Source of the DNA: a bacterium
GTDB lineage: Bacteria; Patescibacteriota; Minisyncoccia; UBA6257; GWB1-50-10
DNA length: 40,196 nt
Direction: 5' to 3'
NCBI GenBank assembly: GCA_027310235.1
Contig: DAIDBF010000008.1
Location: 1-40,196, forward strand
Both the position numbers and the translations under genes were made by a program. Shown in pieces: positions 26,102-35,695 of this stretch. Numbering within the stretch: position 1 is the stretch's first letter; each line of letters opens with the position of its first letter. Under the pieces are notes generated by a model that searched no databases, was not told where the DNA came from, and saw only the letters and a program-made list of their open reading frames with translations.

Positions 26102-27140
26102 ACTTCCAAAACCTCGTGATGTCCTGCACCGTCACCAAAACCATAAGCACAAGAAGTGCCGCAAACCCAATACCATTCACCGCAAGTTCAATCTTCCTCG
26201 GAACAGGGCTTCCTTTTATTTTTTCGATGAGAAGGAAAAGAATGCGTCCCCCATCGAGCGCGGGAAATGGAATTAAGTTAATAACGACGAGATTGACGGA
26301 AATCAAAGCGAGAAGCTGCAAAAAATATACAAACCCGAGCGCGGTCGCCTGGCTCGCCAAGAACACAATACCGACCGGACCCGCAACTTCCTTAAGTATG
26401 CCCGGCGTAGTGAAAATACCGACGATGAGACGGAATAAGCTTACCGCGATAAGCACGAGTGCTCCCCACGCTTCCTTCAGTCCCGTAAGAAGCGCCTGAA
26501 AAAACGGCTGAGAATCAAACCCGACCTCTGCCAAGCCCACTCCGAGCGCCCCTTCCCCTATGGGAGGGTTTTCTCTCTTCTCCATTGAAAACGTATATGA
26601 TTCGGTGCCTCGAAGCACGGTGAGCGTAACCTCGGAAGTTAAACTTGCCTTTACGCCGTTAATAAACGCCGTCGCGTCGATAGGATCCGCCAAGCGCATA
26701 CCTCCAATGGATGCTTCGGTGATAATGTCTCCGCTCTGTGCTCCCGCAGTCGCGGCGGGCGAATTACTCGAAACATCGGCGATCGCAAGATGCCTCGGGG
26801 CGCCCACCATGAATACAATCGAAAACAAAAGCCATCCGATCACGAAGTTCATACATACCCCCGCAATAAGCACCGGAAGACGTTTCCGGAACGGTTGGTT
26901 TTGGAATCCATCTTTCGACTTCGTCTCCCCTTCCTCTCCGAAAAGCTTCACGAACCCTCCGAATGGAATGAGATTGACACTATAAAGCGTTTTCCCTATT
27001 TTCTTCCCGAAAAGGCGCGGGGGAAATCCAAAGCCGAACTCCTCGACTCTCATTTTAAAGAGCTTCGCAAAAAGAAAATGCCCCGCTTCATGCACGAACA
27101 CAAGAAGCGCGAGTCCCGCAATTACGAGTATGATTGTCAT
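26100..27140 (-). CDS. rseP: RIP metalloprotease RseP (M50, one PDZ domain)
   Basis: HEAGH zinc motif, NLIPFPALDGG. Confidence 0.92.
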   Translation of the reverse strand: MTIILVIAGLALLVFVHEAGHFLFAKLFKMRVEEFGFGFPPRLFGKKIGKTLYSVNLIPFGGFVKLFGEEGETKSKDGFQNQPFRKRLPVLIAGVCMNFVIGWLLFSIVFMVGAPRHLAIADVSSNSPAATAGAQSGDIITEASIGGMRLADPIDATAFINGVKASLTSEVTLTVLRGTESYTFSMEKRENPPIGEGALGVGLAEVGFDSQPFFQALLTGLKEAWGALVLIAVSLFRLIVGIFTTPGILKEVAGPVGIVFLASQATALGFVYFLQLLALISVNLVVINLIPFPALDGGRILFLLIEKIKGSPVPRKIELAVNGIGFAALLVLMVLVTVQDITRFWK

Positions 27141-27143
27141 ACG

Positions 27144-27692
27144 TTATTCCGCTATTTCTTGTATCTTCTTCGAGACGGCTTCCTCGATCATTCCGTTCAA
27201 CTTCTCAACCTCCTTTTGCACCTCTTCTTTCGCCTTAAATTTCCTGTCCTCGCTTAACTCTCCGGATTCGAAAAGTTCCTCCACCATCTTCATCACCTCG
27301 TCGCGAACGTGCCGCACCTCGATACGGTGTTCTTCTGCAACTTTCTTCACGTGCTTCACTAATTCGTCGCGCCGTTCCTGACTCAACTCAGGAAGGAAAA
27401 TGCGCACATTGTTCCCGTCGACATTCGCCGAGACGTTCAAGGAAGACGACTCGATCGTTTTTACGATCCCCGGGATCGCCGCTTTGTCCCATACTTGGAT
27501 GAAAAGTTCGCGCGGCGGCTGAACGCCGATCGATCCTACTTGTTTCAAGGGAACCATCTGCTCGTAATACGAAACCCTGATGTCCTCAAGGAGCGCGGGA
27601 GAAGGACGGCCCGTACGGACTCCTCCTAGGGCTTTTTTCAAATCCTCCACGATTCCCTTTCCTTTGTGCGTGATAAGTTCGAGATAAGTCAT
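27144..27692 (-). CDS. frr: Ribosome recycling factor
   Basis: VRTGRPSPALL, PELSQERR. Confidence 0.95.
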   Translation of the reverse strand: MTYLELITHKGKGIVEDLKKALGGVRTGRPSPALLEDIRVSYYEQMVPLKQVGSIGVQPPRELFIQVWDKAAIPGIVKTIESSSLNVSANVDGNNVRIFLPELSQERRDELVKHVKKVAEEHRIEVRHVRDEVMKMVEELFESGELSEDRKFKAKEEVQKEVEKLNGMIEEAVSKKIQEIAE

Positions 27693-28501
27693 GAGACGGT
27701 TTTTAACAATTCTTGTATCGCCTTTTTCTGTAAGTTCATATTCACATTATAGCGCGTGATGAGTGATTTGCGCCAAAGGAGTTTCCGCAAGAGCCCCGCA
27801 TACTTCTTCCGATCTTTGCGCCATAGCGCAAGAATCGAACGCTCGAGAAATGCGCGACAATCATCTTCTTCCCCTCCTTGCTCCTCCGCTTGAAGCGCGC
27901 TTCCCAGTCGCCCGAATGAGAGCGATGCCCGCCGTTCCGCTTCCTTCGGGGTAACATCATACGCTTCGGCAAGAACCTTCGCAACTTCTTGTTTCGCCAT
28001 TCTTCTGAAATAGATCTGCTGCACGCGGGAGCGAAGTGGAGGGAGAAGCATCTGAGGATCCTCCGCAACAAGGAGGATGAGTGAAGAAACAGGCGGCTCT
28101 TCCACAATTTTCAAGAGCGCGCTTTGCGCTTCGTTCGTAAGCAGGTTCACATCGGGAATAATGATGGTACGCCGCGGAGATCGAAATGGTTTCTGAAACA
28201 GGAACTCCTTCACGAAGCGAGCCGCATCTACTCCTATAGTCGCTTCTCCTTCTTCAGGAATGAGTATATGCGCATCAAGAAGCGGCGAGGGCGTCTCCTC
28301 GAATGCGCCCGTCTCAAGCGCATAAGCGAGCAACTTGGCGCACGTCGCCTTCCCGATGCCTTTATCACCGTAAAAAAGATACGCGTGGCCAAGCGTGCCA
28401 TCCTTTATTTGCCGAGAGAGCGCGCGAAGAATCTCCTCGTGTCCGAAAAGCCGCGCCTTGGCTTTATCTCTTGTTGAGAAGCGTTCGCTTGTAGACATCA
28501 A
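27689..28501 (-). CDS. holB: DNA polymerase III delta-prime-like clamp loader subunit
   Basis: HAYLFYGDKGIGK, AQSALLKIVEEPP, LRSR. Confidence 0.8.
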   Translation of the reverse strand: MMSTSERFSTRDKAKARLFGHEEILRALSRQIKDGTLGHAYLFYGDKGIGKATCAKLLAYALETGAFEETPSPLLDAHILIPEEGEATIGVDAARFVKEFLFQKPFRSPRRTIIIPDVNLLTNEAQSALLKIVEEPPVSSLILLVAEDPQMLLPPLRSRVQQIYFRRMAKQEVAKVLAEAYDVTPKEAERRASLSFGRLGSALQAEEQGGEEDDCRAFLERSILALWRKDRKKYAGLLRKLLWRKSLITRYNVNMNLQKKAIQELLKTVS

Positions 28502-29471
28502 GATGATTCAAAATAATGGCGGTTCCTTTGGCCACGCACAAAATGGGGTCTTCCGCGACGTACGCGGCGACGCCGAGGGATCGTTTGAAGAACTCCTCGA
28601 GATCCCTGAGCTGCGCGCTTCCGCCAGAAAGGATGATCCCCTTTTCCATGATGTCGGCCGCGAGCTCGGGAGGCGTCACGTTAAAGACGGATTGTACCGC
28701 ACTCATGATATCGACAAGATGCGGATTCACCGCTTCGGCAATCTCGTTCGAGCTAACAAGAAGATCCTTGGGAAGTCCGGACGCGAGATCTCTCCCGCGG
28801 ATTTTCATTTCCGTCTTCGTCCTGTTCGGAAGCGCCGTGCCGATCGAAATTTTTATATTCTCGGCAGTCGTGTCTCCGATCGCGAGCCCGAACTTCTTCT
28901 TCACGTAATCGGAGATCGATTGATCGAAGCGGTTCCCCGCGACGCGCACGCTCGCCCACGTCACGATGCCTCCCAAAGAGATTACCGCGACTTCGGTCGT
29001 GCCGCCGCCTATATTTACGATCATGTTTCCCTCTGCGGAGTGGATCGGGATGCCCGCACCGAGTGCGGCAAGAAGCGGCTCTTTTACGAGATATATCTCC
29101 TTCGCTCCCGCTTCCTTCGCCGCGTTCATCACGGCGCGATACTCCGTCGAGGTGATGCCCGCCGGAACCGAGATCACCACCTCGGGACGAAACACGTTGA
29201 AGGGCCCCACACTCTTCGAGATGAAATAGCGTAGCATCGCTTGCGTAATGTAATACTCGGCGATCACGCCGTCTTTCAAGGGCTTGTAGGTCACGATATC
29301 ATCCGGCGTGCGTCCCACCATTTCTTTCGCTTCCGCTCCTACTGCAAGCACGCTGTTGTCGGGTCTTCGAAGCGCAACCGCCGTCGGTTCGTTTATCACG
29401 ATGCCTCGATTCGGAAGAAACACGAGCGTATTCGTGGTTCCGAGATCGATTCCTATCTTTCTGGTAAACAT
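28464..29471 (-). CDS. mreB: Second MreB/Mbl paralog
   Basis: [26 protein letters not shown]; likely start MFTRK at 29471. Confidence 0.9.
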   Translation of the reverse strand: MFTRKIGIDLGTTNTLVFLPNRGIVINEPTAVALRRPDNSVLAVGAEAKEMVGRTPDDIVTYKPLKDGVIAEYYITQAMLRYFISKSVGPFNVFRPEVVISVPAGITSTEYRAVMNAAKEAGAKEIYLVKEPLLAALGAGIPIHSAEGNMIVNIGGGTTEVAVISLGGIVTWASVRVAGNRFDQSISDYVKKKFGLAIGDTTAENIKISIGTALPNRTKTEMKIRGRDLASGLPKDLLVSSNEIAEAVNPHLVDIMSAVQSVFNVTPPELAADIMEKGIILSGGSAQLRDLEEFFKRSLGVAAYVAEDPILCVAKGTAIILNHLDVYKRTLLNKR

Positions 29472-29553
29472 AAAGGTTTCGTTAGCTGATACATAGACAT
29501 TAGCGAAAAACAGCCCCCAATGCAACCAAGAGAGATATTGATCATATAATAGT

Positions 29554-29631
29554 CGTACCGCATTCCTCCTCACCTCGGGCGCTCCGGGCTGCTTGGCCAA
29601 GTCTTACCCTCGTTCGGAGGAACGCGGTACG
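29554..29631 (-). repeat. Short GA-type hairpin element
   Basis: 16-bp IR cgtaccgc(a/g)ttcctcc; minus strand extends via CGAA/TGAG and CGAG/CGAG; a 19-nt fragment recurs at 25847-25865. Confidence 0.6.
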
Positions 29632-29683
29632 GAGAAAACCAAATATTGCCTCGGAAACACTCTTTCAGTATAGTGATACACGA

Positions 29684-29820
29684 ATGAGTCCCGCACCTTT
29701 TGAGGATTGTGGGAGTTAAGCGTAAGGTTAGAGTAAGATGCAACAAACGAAAAATGTCGTAAATAACCAGAGGATGATGCGCTTCGTAAGAAGCGTGATC
29801 CTCTAAAGGTGCGGGATGAG
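29684..29820 (+). mobile_element. MITE-like insertion into the start codon of the PEGA-type gene (family T), with ATGAG duplication
   Basis: IR tcccgcaccttt/aaaggtgcggga; ATGAG at 29684-29688 and 29816-29820; homolog at 39066-39193. Confidence 0.85.
29738..29806 (+). CDS. Putative 22-aa relay peptide
   Basis: MQQTKNVVNNQRMMRFVRSVIL*; the homolog differs by one whole-codon indel plus synonymous and non-synonymous substitutions; stops 9 nt before the downstream ATG. Confidence 0.5.
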   Translation: MQQTKNVVNNQRMMRFVRSVIL

Positions 29821-31168
29821 CACGACACTACGAAGAGTCCTCTTCTACTTCTTTATCCTTATATTCTTGGTGCTTGGCGCCTATCTTCTCATAACGGCGC
29901 AGGGCCTTACCTTCGATTTTCAAAATTTTCAATTCGTGAAAACCGGAGCTCTTTTCTTGAAATTTAATCCCTCGGATGCTTCGCTGTTCCTGAACGGAAA
30001 GCCGAAAGAAATCTCCCGTGGATTCGTGATCCCGAGCGTTCTCATCACCGATCTTCGCCCCGGCGCATATCGTCTCGAACTCCGAAAAAAGGGATATGCA
30101 ACGTGGGAAAAAAATCTTGACGTGAAATCGGGACTGGTAACCGCCGCCACACACATCGAACTTTGGCCCGCCACTTCCGCGTTTAAAAGTGTGCTCCAAA
30201 ACCCCGTATCCGATTTCTGGATGACGAACAAAGGAGCAGTACTTTTTTATCCCGACCGTACGCTTCATTTCGATGGCGTCACGCTTCGAGGAAACACTAT
30301 CGCGGCAAGCGACGAAAACTCGAATCTCGTCGTCACGAAGAGCGGGAATACCTATTTTCTGATCGACCTTGAGGAGCCCGAAACCGCCACGAATCTCTCT
30401 TCCCTCTTTGCTTCGCTTGAAACAAGCACATTTAACCTCACGAAAGCGGAAACTATACAAACTATCCTTTTTCACCCCTTCAGCGGATCGAAGCTTCTTA
30501 TCACAACTCCCAAAAACCTCTTTTCGTTCGACATGAAACGGGTGCGCCTCGAGAAGCTTCTTATTTCCTCTTCCACCGTCTCCACCGCGGTAAGCGACAA
30601 TGAAGCGTTGCTACTCGATAATAAAGGAACACTTTCCGTCTATAATCTTCTCCTCCAGACGAAGAATGAGTATCCTCTTGCCGTTACCCACGTTAAGAAG
30701 ATGACGACAAGTCCGAGCGGAGATACGGTATTTATTTTGAAAGAGAACGGCGATCTCATTCAATATGATAGGAGTTCTCGTGCAACTTCAACGCTCGCGG
30801 AAAACGTGAAATCATATTATCTCTCTCCCGGCGAAGAACGCATGGCACTCATCCAAAATGACGGATCGCTCTCCTTGCTCGCGCTCAAGGATTACCGCAG
30901 TGACACCGACGTGGTGGAAGGTACGAGTTGGGATGTTCCGTTGTACAAGAATGCGGCTCCGGAATTGTTTTTCTGGCTCAGTGATTTTCCTAATTACGGA
31001 CTTGTCACTACGACCGATGGCACACTTCTCGTCGTCGAACTTGACGGAAGAACTCCTATGAATGTCTACAAATTCGCGGAAACGATTAAAAAGACGGTTC
31101 CCTCGGGAGCGACGTTGTATCTTCTCAAAAACGACGGCACCCTCGTCGAGACGACGCTAGGAGAGTAA
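29816..31168 (+). CDS. Membrane-anchored PEGA-like domain protein with a propeller-like C-terminus
   Basis: N-terminal TM, KTGALFL...LRPGAYRLELRKKGY..WEK pattern. Confidence 0.75.
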   Translation: MSTTLRRVLFYFFILIFLVLGAYLLITAQGLTFDFQNFQFVKTGALFLKFNPSDASLFLNGKPKEISRGFVIPSVLITDLRPGAYRLELRKKGYATWEKNLDVKSGLVTAATHIELWPATSAFKSVLQNPVSDFWMTNKGAVLFYPDRTLHFDGVTLRGNTIAASDENSNLVVTKSGNTYFLIDLEEPETATNLSSLFASLETSTFNLTKAETIQTILFHPFSGSKLLITTPKNLFSFDMKRVRLEKLLISSSTVSTAVSDNEALLLDNKGTLSVYNLLLQTKNEYPLAVTHVKKMTTSPSGDTVFILKENGDLIQYDRSSRATSTLAENVKSYYLSPGEERMALIQNDGSLSLLALKDYRSDTDVVEGTSWDVPLYKNAAPELFFWLSDFPNYGLVTTTDGTLLVVELDGRTPMNVYKFAETIKKTVPSGATLYLLKNDGTLVETTLGE

Positions 31169-31208
31169 AAATTCTTTCTCCTCGAGGAAGTGAGGAGGAA
31201 GAATTTTT
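31167..31208. terminator. Hairpin between convergent genes; possible bidirectional terminator
   Basis: aaaaattctttctcctc-gaggaagt-gaggaggaagaattttt. Confidence 0.55.
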
Positions 31209-31225
31209 GGGAATGTATGTTGTTA

Positions 31226-31984
31226 CTACTCTCCAAAATATACCTTTTTCAGTCGCTCATCGTTTCGTATCTCGTTCGGAACTCCTTCAAGATATTTTTC
31301 TCCATCGACAAGCACAACAACGCGATCGGCAATATCAAAAAGGAACTTCAAATCATGTTCTACGATAATCGCCGTGTGACCGTGCTCTTTTACAAGTTTT
31401 TTGATAATCTCGGAAAGTTTGCTCTTTAAGATCGGTGCAACACCGGCGGTAGGCTCATCTACTAAGAGGAGATTTCCTTTCGAAAGCCGAAGGCGAGTAA
31501 GCTCAAGGAGCCGCAGTTGGCCCCCGGAAAGCAATCCCGCAACCAGATTCCTGTGGGGCAAAAGATCCACGTCTTCGAGCGCTTTTTTGATTTCCGTATC
31601 CATCTTCTTTCGATATTTTGAAGAAAAAGCCCACCACCAAGGATACTGTTCCGCGCGCTCAATCGCGATTATCAGATTTTCTTCTACCGTCATGTCTCGG
31701 AACACACCCGCGTGCTGGAAACTCCGATTTATCCCGAGACGCGCTCGAGTATACGCCTCCAAATCCATTATATCCTCTCCCCGAAAAGTAATGATCCCCT
31801 CTTCCAAAGAGAGGAACCCGGAAAGTGCATTTAAGAGTGTGGTTTTCCCGCACCCGTTCGGACCGATTATACCGACGATCTCCCCTTCCTGAACCTCGAA
31901 CGAAACATCGTGAAGGATGGGTCTTTTTCCGATTCGGACATGTAGATGTTCGACTGAAAGAAGTTGTTTTGTTGCGTCTTCCAT
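31226..31984 (-). CDS. Branched-chain amino acid ABC transporter ATPase (LivG-like)
   Basis: GPNGCGKTT, LSGGQ, LLVDEP, VYFG C-terminus. Confidence 0.9.
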   Translation of the reverse strand: MEDATKQLLSVEHLHVRIGKRPILHDVSFEVQEGEIVGIIGPNGCGKTTLLNALSGFLSLEEGIITFRGEDIMDLEAYTRARLGINRSFQHAGVFRDMTVEENLIIAIERAEQYPWWWAFSSKYRKKMDTEIKKALEDVDLLPHRNLVAGLLSGGQLRLLELTRLRLSKGNLLLVDEPTAGVAPILKSKLSEIIKKLVKEHGHTAIIVEHDLKFLFDIADRVVVLVDGEKYLEGVPNEIRNDERLKKVYFGE

Positions 31985-31990
31985 ATCCGT

Positions 31991-32845
31991 TTAGATAGAA
32001 CGTTTTTCAGAAGTATAACCGGACGATAAACGACGTACAAGCACGATGAGAAAGCACGAATAAAAAAGAAGGCGTAAATGCCCGATTATTGTTGAGGGAA
32101 ACGGGAAAAATCTTAAAATCTCGGGGAGAAGAGTAACAAAAAGGGTTGCGATTGCCATCCAACGAATCCTCGGCCGCATCGCAAGAATGCTTATAGTGAG
32201 CATAGGAAGCAAGAGTGGAATTCCTCCCAAGGTCGGATCCAAAAACTGGATGCGCCAGATTACTACAATTCCCCCAACCGCGCTCACGAACGAAGCAAAT
32301 ATGATAACAAGAGAACCGACAGTACGGGAATTACACCCTAATGAATCGAGGAGGGTAGTATCTTCCTTATGAGCCTGAAGCATCCGTCCTAAAGGAGATT
32401 TTAGTACAAAATACTCAGAGAGAAGGAATACGATCGCTATAACACCTTCCAGAACCACAAGCGTCAAAAGACTCGAGAGAAATGCCGGTTTTGGGACTCC
32501 GGCAATGCCGAGCACCCCGCCGGTAACGGAATCCCATGAACGCAGAAGCGCATCAAATGCAAGTACGCTCGCAAGAGTGAATACCACGAATGTATCGCTT
32601 GAAAGGCGCCGATAGAGCAGTGAGAAGAGAACTCCTAAAACCAAAGAAGAGAAGAGAGCCGCTATGATAGCAAGCGAAATGGCGACTCCTCCTTTTCCCA
32701 AAATAGTGAAGGTATATGCACTCAAAGAAAACGAAACGGGGAAGCCGAGAAAAAGAATCCCTGCAATGGAGATCGAGAGATGCTGCCCTGTTTCGATTAT
32801 TAGATTCTCAAAAAATCTCGCGATTTGTGTGTAGAAGTATCCCAT
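31991..32845 (-). CDS. Branched-chain amino acid ABC permease (LivM-like)
   Basis: TGGVLGIAG, SPLGRML, LPEILR. Confidence 0.85.
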   Translation of the reverse strand: MGYFYTQIARFFENLIIETGQHLSISIAGILFLGFPVSFSLSAYTFTILGKGGVAISLAIIAALFSSLVLGVLFSLLYRRLSSDTFVVFTLASVLAFDALLRSWDSVTGGVLGIAGVPKPAFLSSLLTLVVLEGVIAIVFLLSEYFVLKSPLGRMLQAHKEDTTLLDSLGCNSRTVGSLVIIFASFVSAVGGIVVIWRIQFLDPTLGGIPLLLPMLTISILAMRPRIRWMAIATLFVTLLPEILRFFPFPSTIIGHLRLLFYSCFLIVLVRRLSSGYTSEKRSI

Positions 32846-32851
32846 TTTTCA

Positions 32852-33718
32852 TTAACTTTTTCTGCTTTCACGTACGAAGAGACCGTTCGGACGAAGACCT
32901 AGTAAAATAGAAGCTACTGCAAACACCAATACCATCTTCCAATTCAAGGAAACGCCCTCAAGAGAACCTATTATAGTTTCGGGGATAAGTACCACAAGAT
33001 AGGAAGCAATCACGGTTCCCCTGATATCGGAAACACCTCCGACGAGAAACGCGATAAAAGCCATGATAATAAGCTGGAACCCCATCGTCGGCGTGAGCGC
33101 TGTATTCAAACCCGCAAGAATCCCGATTGCCCCGGCGATAAAACTCCCGACTATGTAAACCAAAAATCGTACTTTCTTTGAGTCTACTCCGGAACTTTCC
33201 GCAGAGAACGAATTTTCCGCGATAGCCCTTAACATCCTCCCCCATGGGGTAAAGTGAACGAAGAAGAATAAAAGAACAGCAATCATGACCCCAAAACATA
33301 TCGTGATGAGTCCGGGGATGGGAATTTGGAACACACCGAATTCATAAACGGGCAGGATGCCCGGAATTATGTTCTTTCCATCAGTACCAAAGACGATTGA
33401 TATCAGTGATTCAAGCACGATCGCAAAAGAGAAGCTCGTAAGGAGTGCAAAAAGATGCTCCTGTTTCCTCGTGAGCCGCTCATTCAAAAGAAAATTTATA
33501 ATCCCCAGAACAACGGAAACACCTATCGTCAGAAGAATTGTCCACACAATTTGGAGATGCGCTGAAATACTAAAATAGAGTGCATAAGCGATTCCCGCTC
33601 CTATGGCTCCAAGAGCAAAATTTTGCACCTTACTCACCGAATATACAAGGAAAAGCGCAAGTGCCAGTAATAGCACTTGCGTTCCCATAACAAAACTATA
33701 AATCAGGATCTGCACCAT
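32852..33718 (-). CDS. Branched-chain amino acid ABC permease (LivH-like)
   Basis: NFALG, TPWGRMLRAIAEN, LVGG, RPNGLF. Confidence 0.88.
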   Translation of the reverse strand: MVQILIYSFVMGTQVLLLALALFLVYSVSKVQNFALGAIGAGIAYALYFSISAHLQIVWTILLTIGVSVVLGIINFLLNERLTRKQEHLFALLTSFSFAIVLESLISIVFGTDGKNIIPGILPVYEFGVFQIPIPGLITICFGVMIAVLLFFFVHFTPWGRMLRAIAENSFSAESSGVDSKKVRFLVYIVGSFIAGAIGILAGLNTALTPTMGFQLIIMAFIAFLVGGVSDIRGTVIASYLVVLIPETIIGSLEGVSLNWKMVLVFAVASILLGLRPNGLFVRESRKS

Positions 33719-33739
33719 ATAATCCAGATCGCTTTGTAG

Positions 33740-34903
33740 TTATTGTTCACTCTGAAGCACCGCTTTCCCGTTTTGAATCAAATATTTTCCGCTCAAAGTG
33801 ATACGTACGAAGTTGTGCCCATCAAACGCGATATCACCGATATGTCCCTTAAATCTCCCGCGTGAGAGATCATTCAGAACTTTCTCGGCATCGTTACCGT
33901 CTTTTGTAATCAAGCTGGTAATAAGGTCTACGGCGTCGAGCGTAGAAGCGGTGTAATAATGACCAAGGTCATTCAGAGTACCGCCTTGGTCTTTATTTAT
34001 CGCTTCCTCGATTGCGAGAAGTTCTGGAGAGTTCACGTTTGGGGCATCAATAACGATCATCCCCTCGGTGAAATTTCCCGCAGGGGCGCGCCCCGAATCA
34101 AGAAGATACGCGAGCTGGCCAAAGAGTTTATATCCTGTCCATGCCTTCATTTCCGCAAGCTGCCGAATAAGGTTCTCCGCAGTGACTCCTGGATTAGGAT
34201 TGAGAAGCACAGCATCAGGGCTTGCTTGGCGCACTTTTTCGAGCGTGCTCCTGAAATCAGAAGTTCCCTTCGGGAACGTCTCGTTTGCCACGACACTCAC
34301 CGACGGATAGTTCTTGATATCTTCAAGAAATGTATCCCGGATCCCGATGTTATACTCGTTCTGCTCAGTAATAACTGCCACCTTTTTATATGAACTCAAT
34401 GCCTTTGCGAGATCCTCGCCGGTCTTTTTATCCGAGTAAGAAAGCGAAAGGGTGTATTTTCCGATCCCTTCGATTTTCGGGTTTGAAGAACCCGGGGAAA
34501 GCACGAGAACCTGACTCTGGTCCGCAAGCGGAGCCATACTCATCGTCTCCGAAGAACAAAGACCTCCGATAATGAACTTCACTCCATCAATACTGGTGAG
34601 CTTCTGAAATGCATTCACTGCATCATTCCCTGCACACTTTCCGTCCTCATAGACTACCTCAAACTTGGTTCCGTTCTCGCCCGCAGCTTCGTTTATTTGC
34701 TTCACGCGATAAAGAGCTATTTTCTGCATCTCCTGCCCCAGAACAGCCGCATCTCCGCTTAATGGCGCGACAAAACCAATCTTCACTGTTTTTCCCGCGA
34801 CTGACGAAGGATTGGGACTGCCAGTCGCCGCGAAATATATCGCGATTACCACTACAACAAGTCCTACTACCCACCACAAACTTTTATTCGATTTTTGTTC
34901 CAT
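33740..34903 (-). CDS. Branched-chain amino acid ABC substrate-binding protein (LivK/J-like)
   Basis: KIGFVAPLSGDAA, YEDGKC, IIGGLCSS; likely start MEQKSNK at 34903. Confidence 0.88.
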   Translation of the reverse strand: MEQKSNKSLWWVVGLVVVVIAIYFAATGSPNPSSVAGKTVKIGFVAPLSGDAAVLGQEMQKIALYRVKQINEAAGENGTKFEVVYEDGKCAGNDAVNAFQKLTSIDGVKFIIGGLCSSETMSMAPLADQSQVLVLSPGSSNPKIEGIGKYTLSLSYSDKKTGEDLAKALSSYKKVAVITEQNEYNIGIRDTFLEDIKNYPSVSVVANETFPKGTSDFRSTLEKVRQASPDAVLLNPNPGVTAENLIRQLAEMKAWTGYKLFGQLAYLLDSGRAPAGNFTEGMIVIDAPNVNSPELLAIEEAINKDQGGTLNDLGHYYTASTLDAVDLITSLITKDGNDAEKVLNDLSRGRFKGHIGDIAFDGHNFVRITLSGKYLIQNGKAVLQSEQ

Positions 34904-35080
34904 TTTTTTATTTTTTTTTGACCTTTGTAATGGTCTTATCATCCCACTTGAGAAAAGGAACGTCAATGTAAACTGTGGATAAGGGAGGGGGCGAGTTTTG
35001 TTTTGTTTTCCCTCATCTCGCACAAAGCTCCGTTTGGAGCACTCCTCCTCGTCACTCCTCGGGAAATGAATGGAACTACT

Positions 35081-35132
35081 TGAGTTTACACTAAGTTATT
35101 TAGCTATGGCTAAATAACTTAGTGTAAACTCA
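35081..35132. repeat. Perfect 24-bp AT-rich inverted repeat with a 4-nt spacer
   Basis: tgagtttacactaagttatttagc-tatg-gctaaataacttagtgtaaactca. Confidence 0.9.
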
Positions 35133-35183
35133 CATAAGGGCTGTTTTATTTTTACCATCGCCCACTCCTCACAACGGTGGCGC

Positions 35184-35216
35184 AACAAAAAATCCCCTTT
35201 CGGGGACTTTTTTGTT
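35184..35216 (-). terminator. Intrinsic terminator after rpsI
   Basis: Minus strand AACAAAAAAGTCCCC-GAAA-GGGGATTTTTTGTT directly at the stop. Confidence 0.85.
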
Positions 35217-35688
35217 AACGTTTGCGCCACTGCTGAGGTCTTCGTGCTTTTCGTAAACCGTATTTCTTGCGTTCCACTTTGCGGGGATCGCGTTTCAAGT
35301 ATCCGAGTGATTTCAGTTTCGAGCGCCAGATGGGATTCATCGCAACGAGCGCTCGCGCGAGTCCCAGTCGGATCGCCTTCGATTGTGCATTCACTCCTCC
35401 TCCTTTTACGATCGCCGTTGCATAGTACTCTTTCAAAGAAAGCGCCTCGAACGGTGCGCGCACGACTGCCTGGTACTTTGCGAGAGGAAAGTACTCAGAG
35501 AAGCTCTTTCCATTCACGGCCATCTCCGGCTCCTTGCCCGCTTTCGATCTGCCGGTAAAAAGACGCACGCGCGCAACGGCGGTCTTTCTCCTGCCTACCG
35601 CTTCGATATAGCGCTCCTTCGAAGCTCCCGTTTCCTTCGGTTTTTTCACCTTCTTCGATTGTTCCGTTTTCGTGGTTTTTGTCGGCAT
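35215..35688 (-). CDS. rpsI: 30S ribosomal protein S9
   Basis: GRRKTAVARV, RDPRKVERKKYG. Confidence 0.97.
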   Translation of the reverse strand: MPTKTTKTEQSKKVKKPKETGASKERYIEAVGRRKTAVARVRLFTGRSKAGKEPEMAVNGKSFSEYFPLAKYQAVVRAPFEALSLKEYYATAIVKGGGVNAQSKAIRLGLARALVAMNPIWRSKLKSLGYLKRDPRKVERKKYGLRKARRPQQWRKR

Positions 35689-35695
35689 AGGTTCG

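Noticed and set aside
25675..26109. ORFs within the ddl-rseP spacer (also 2058-2258, 8432-8833, 11155-11654)
   Set aside because: They run through palindromic repeat elements; shared peptide fragments such as QTRPYGTRTV merely reflect the repeat core
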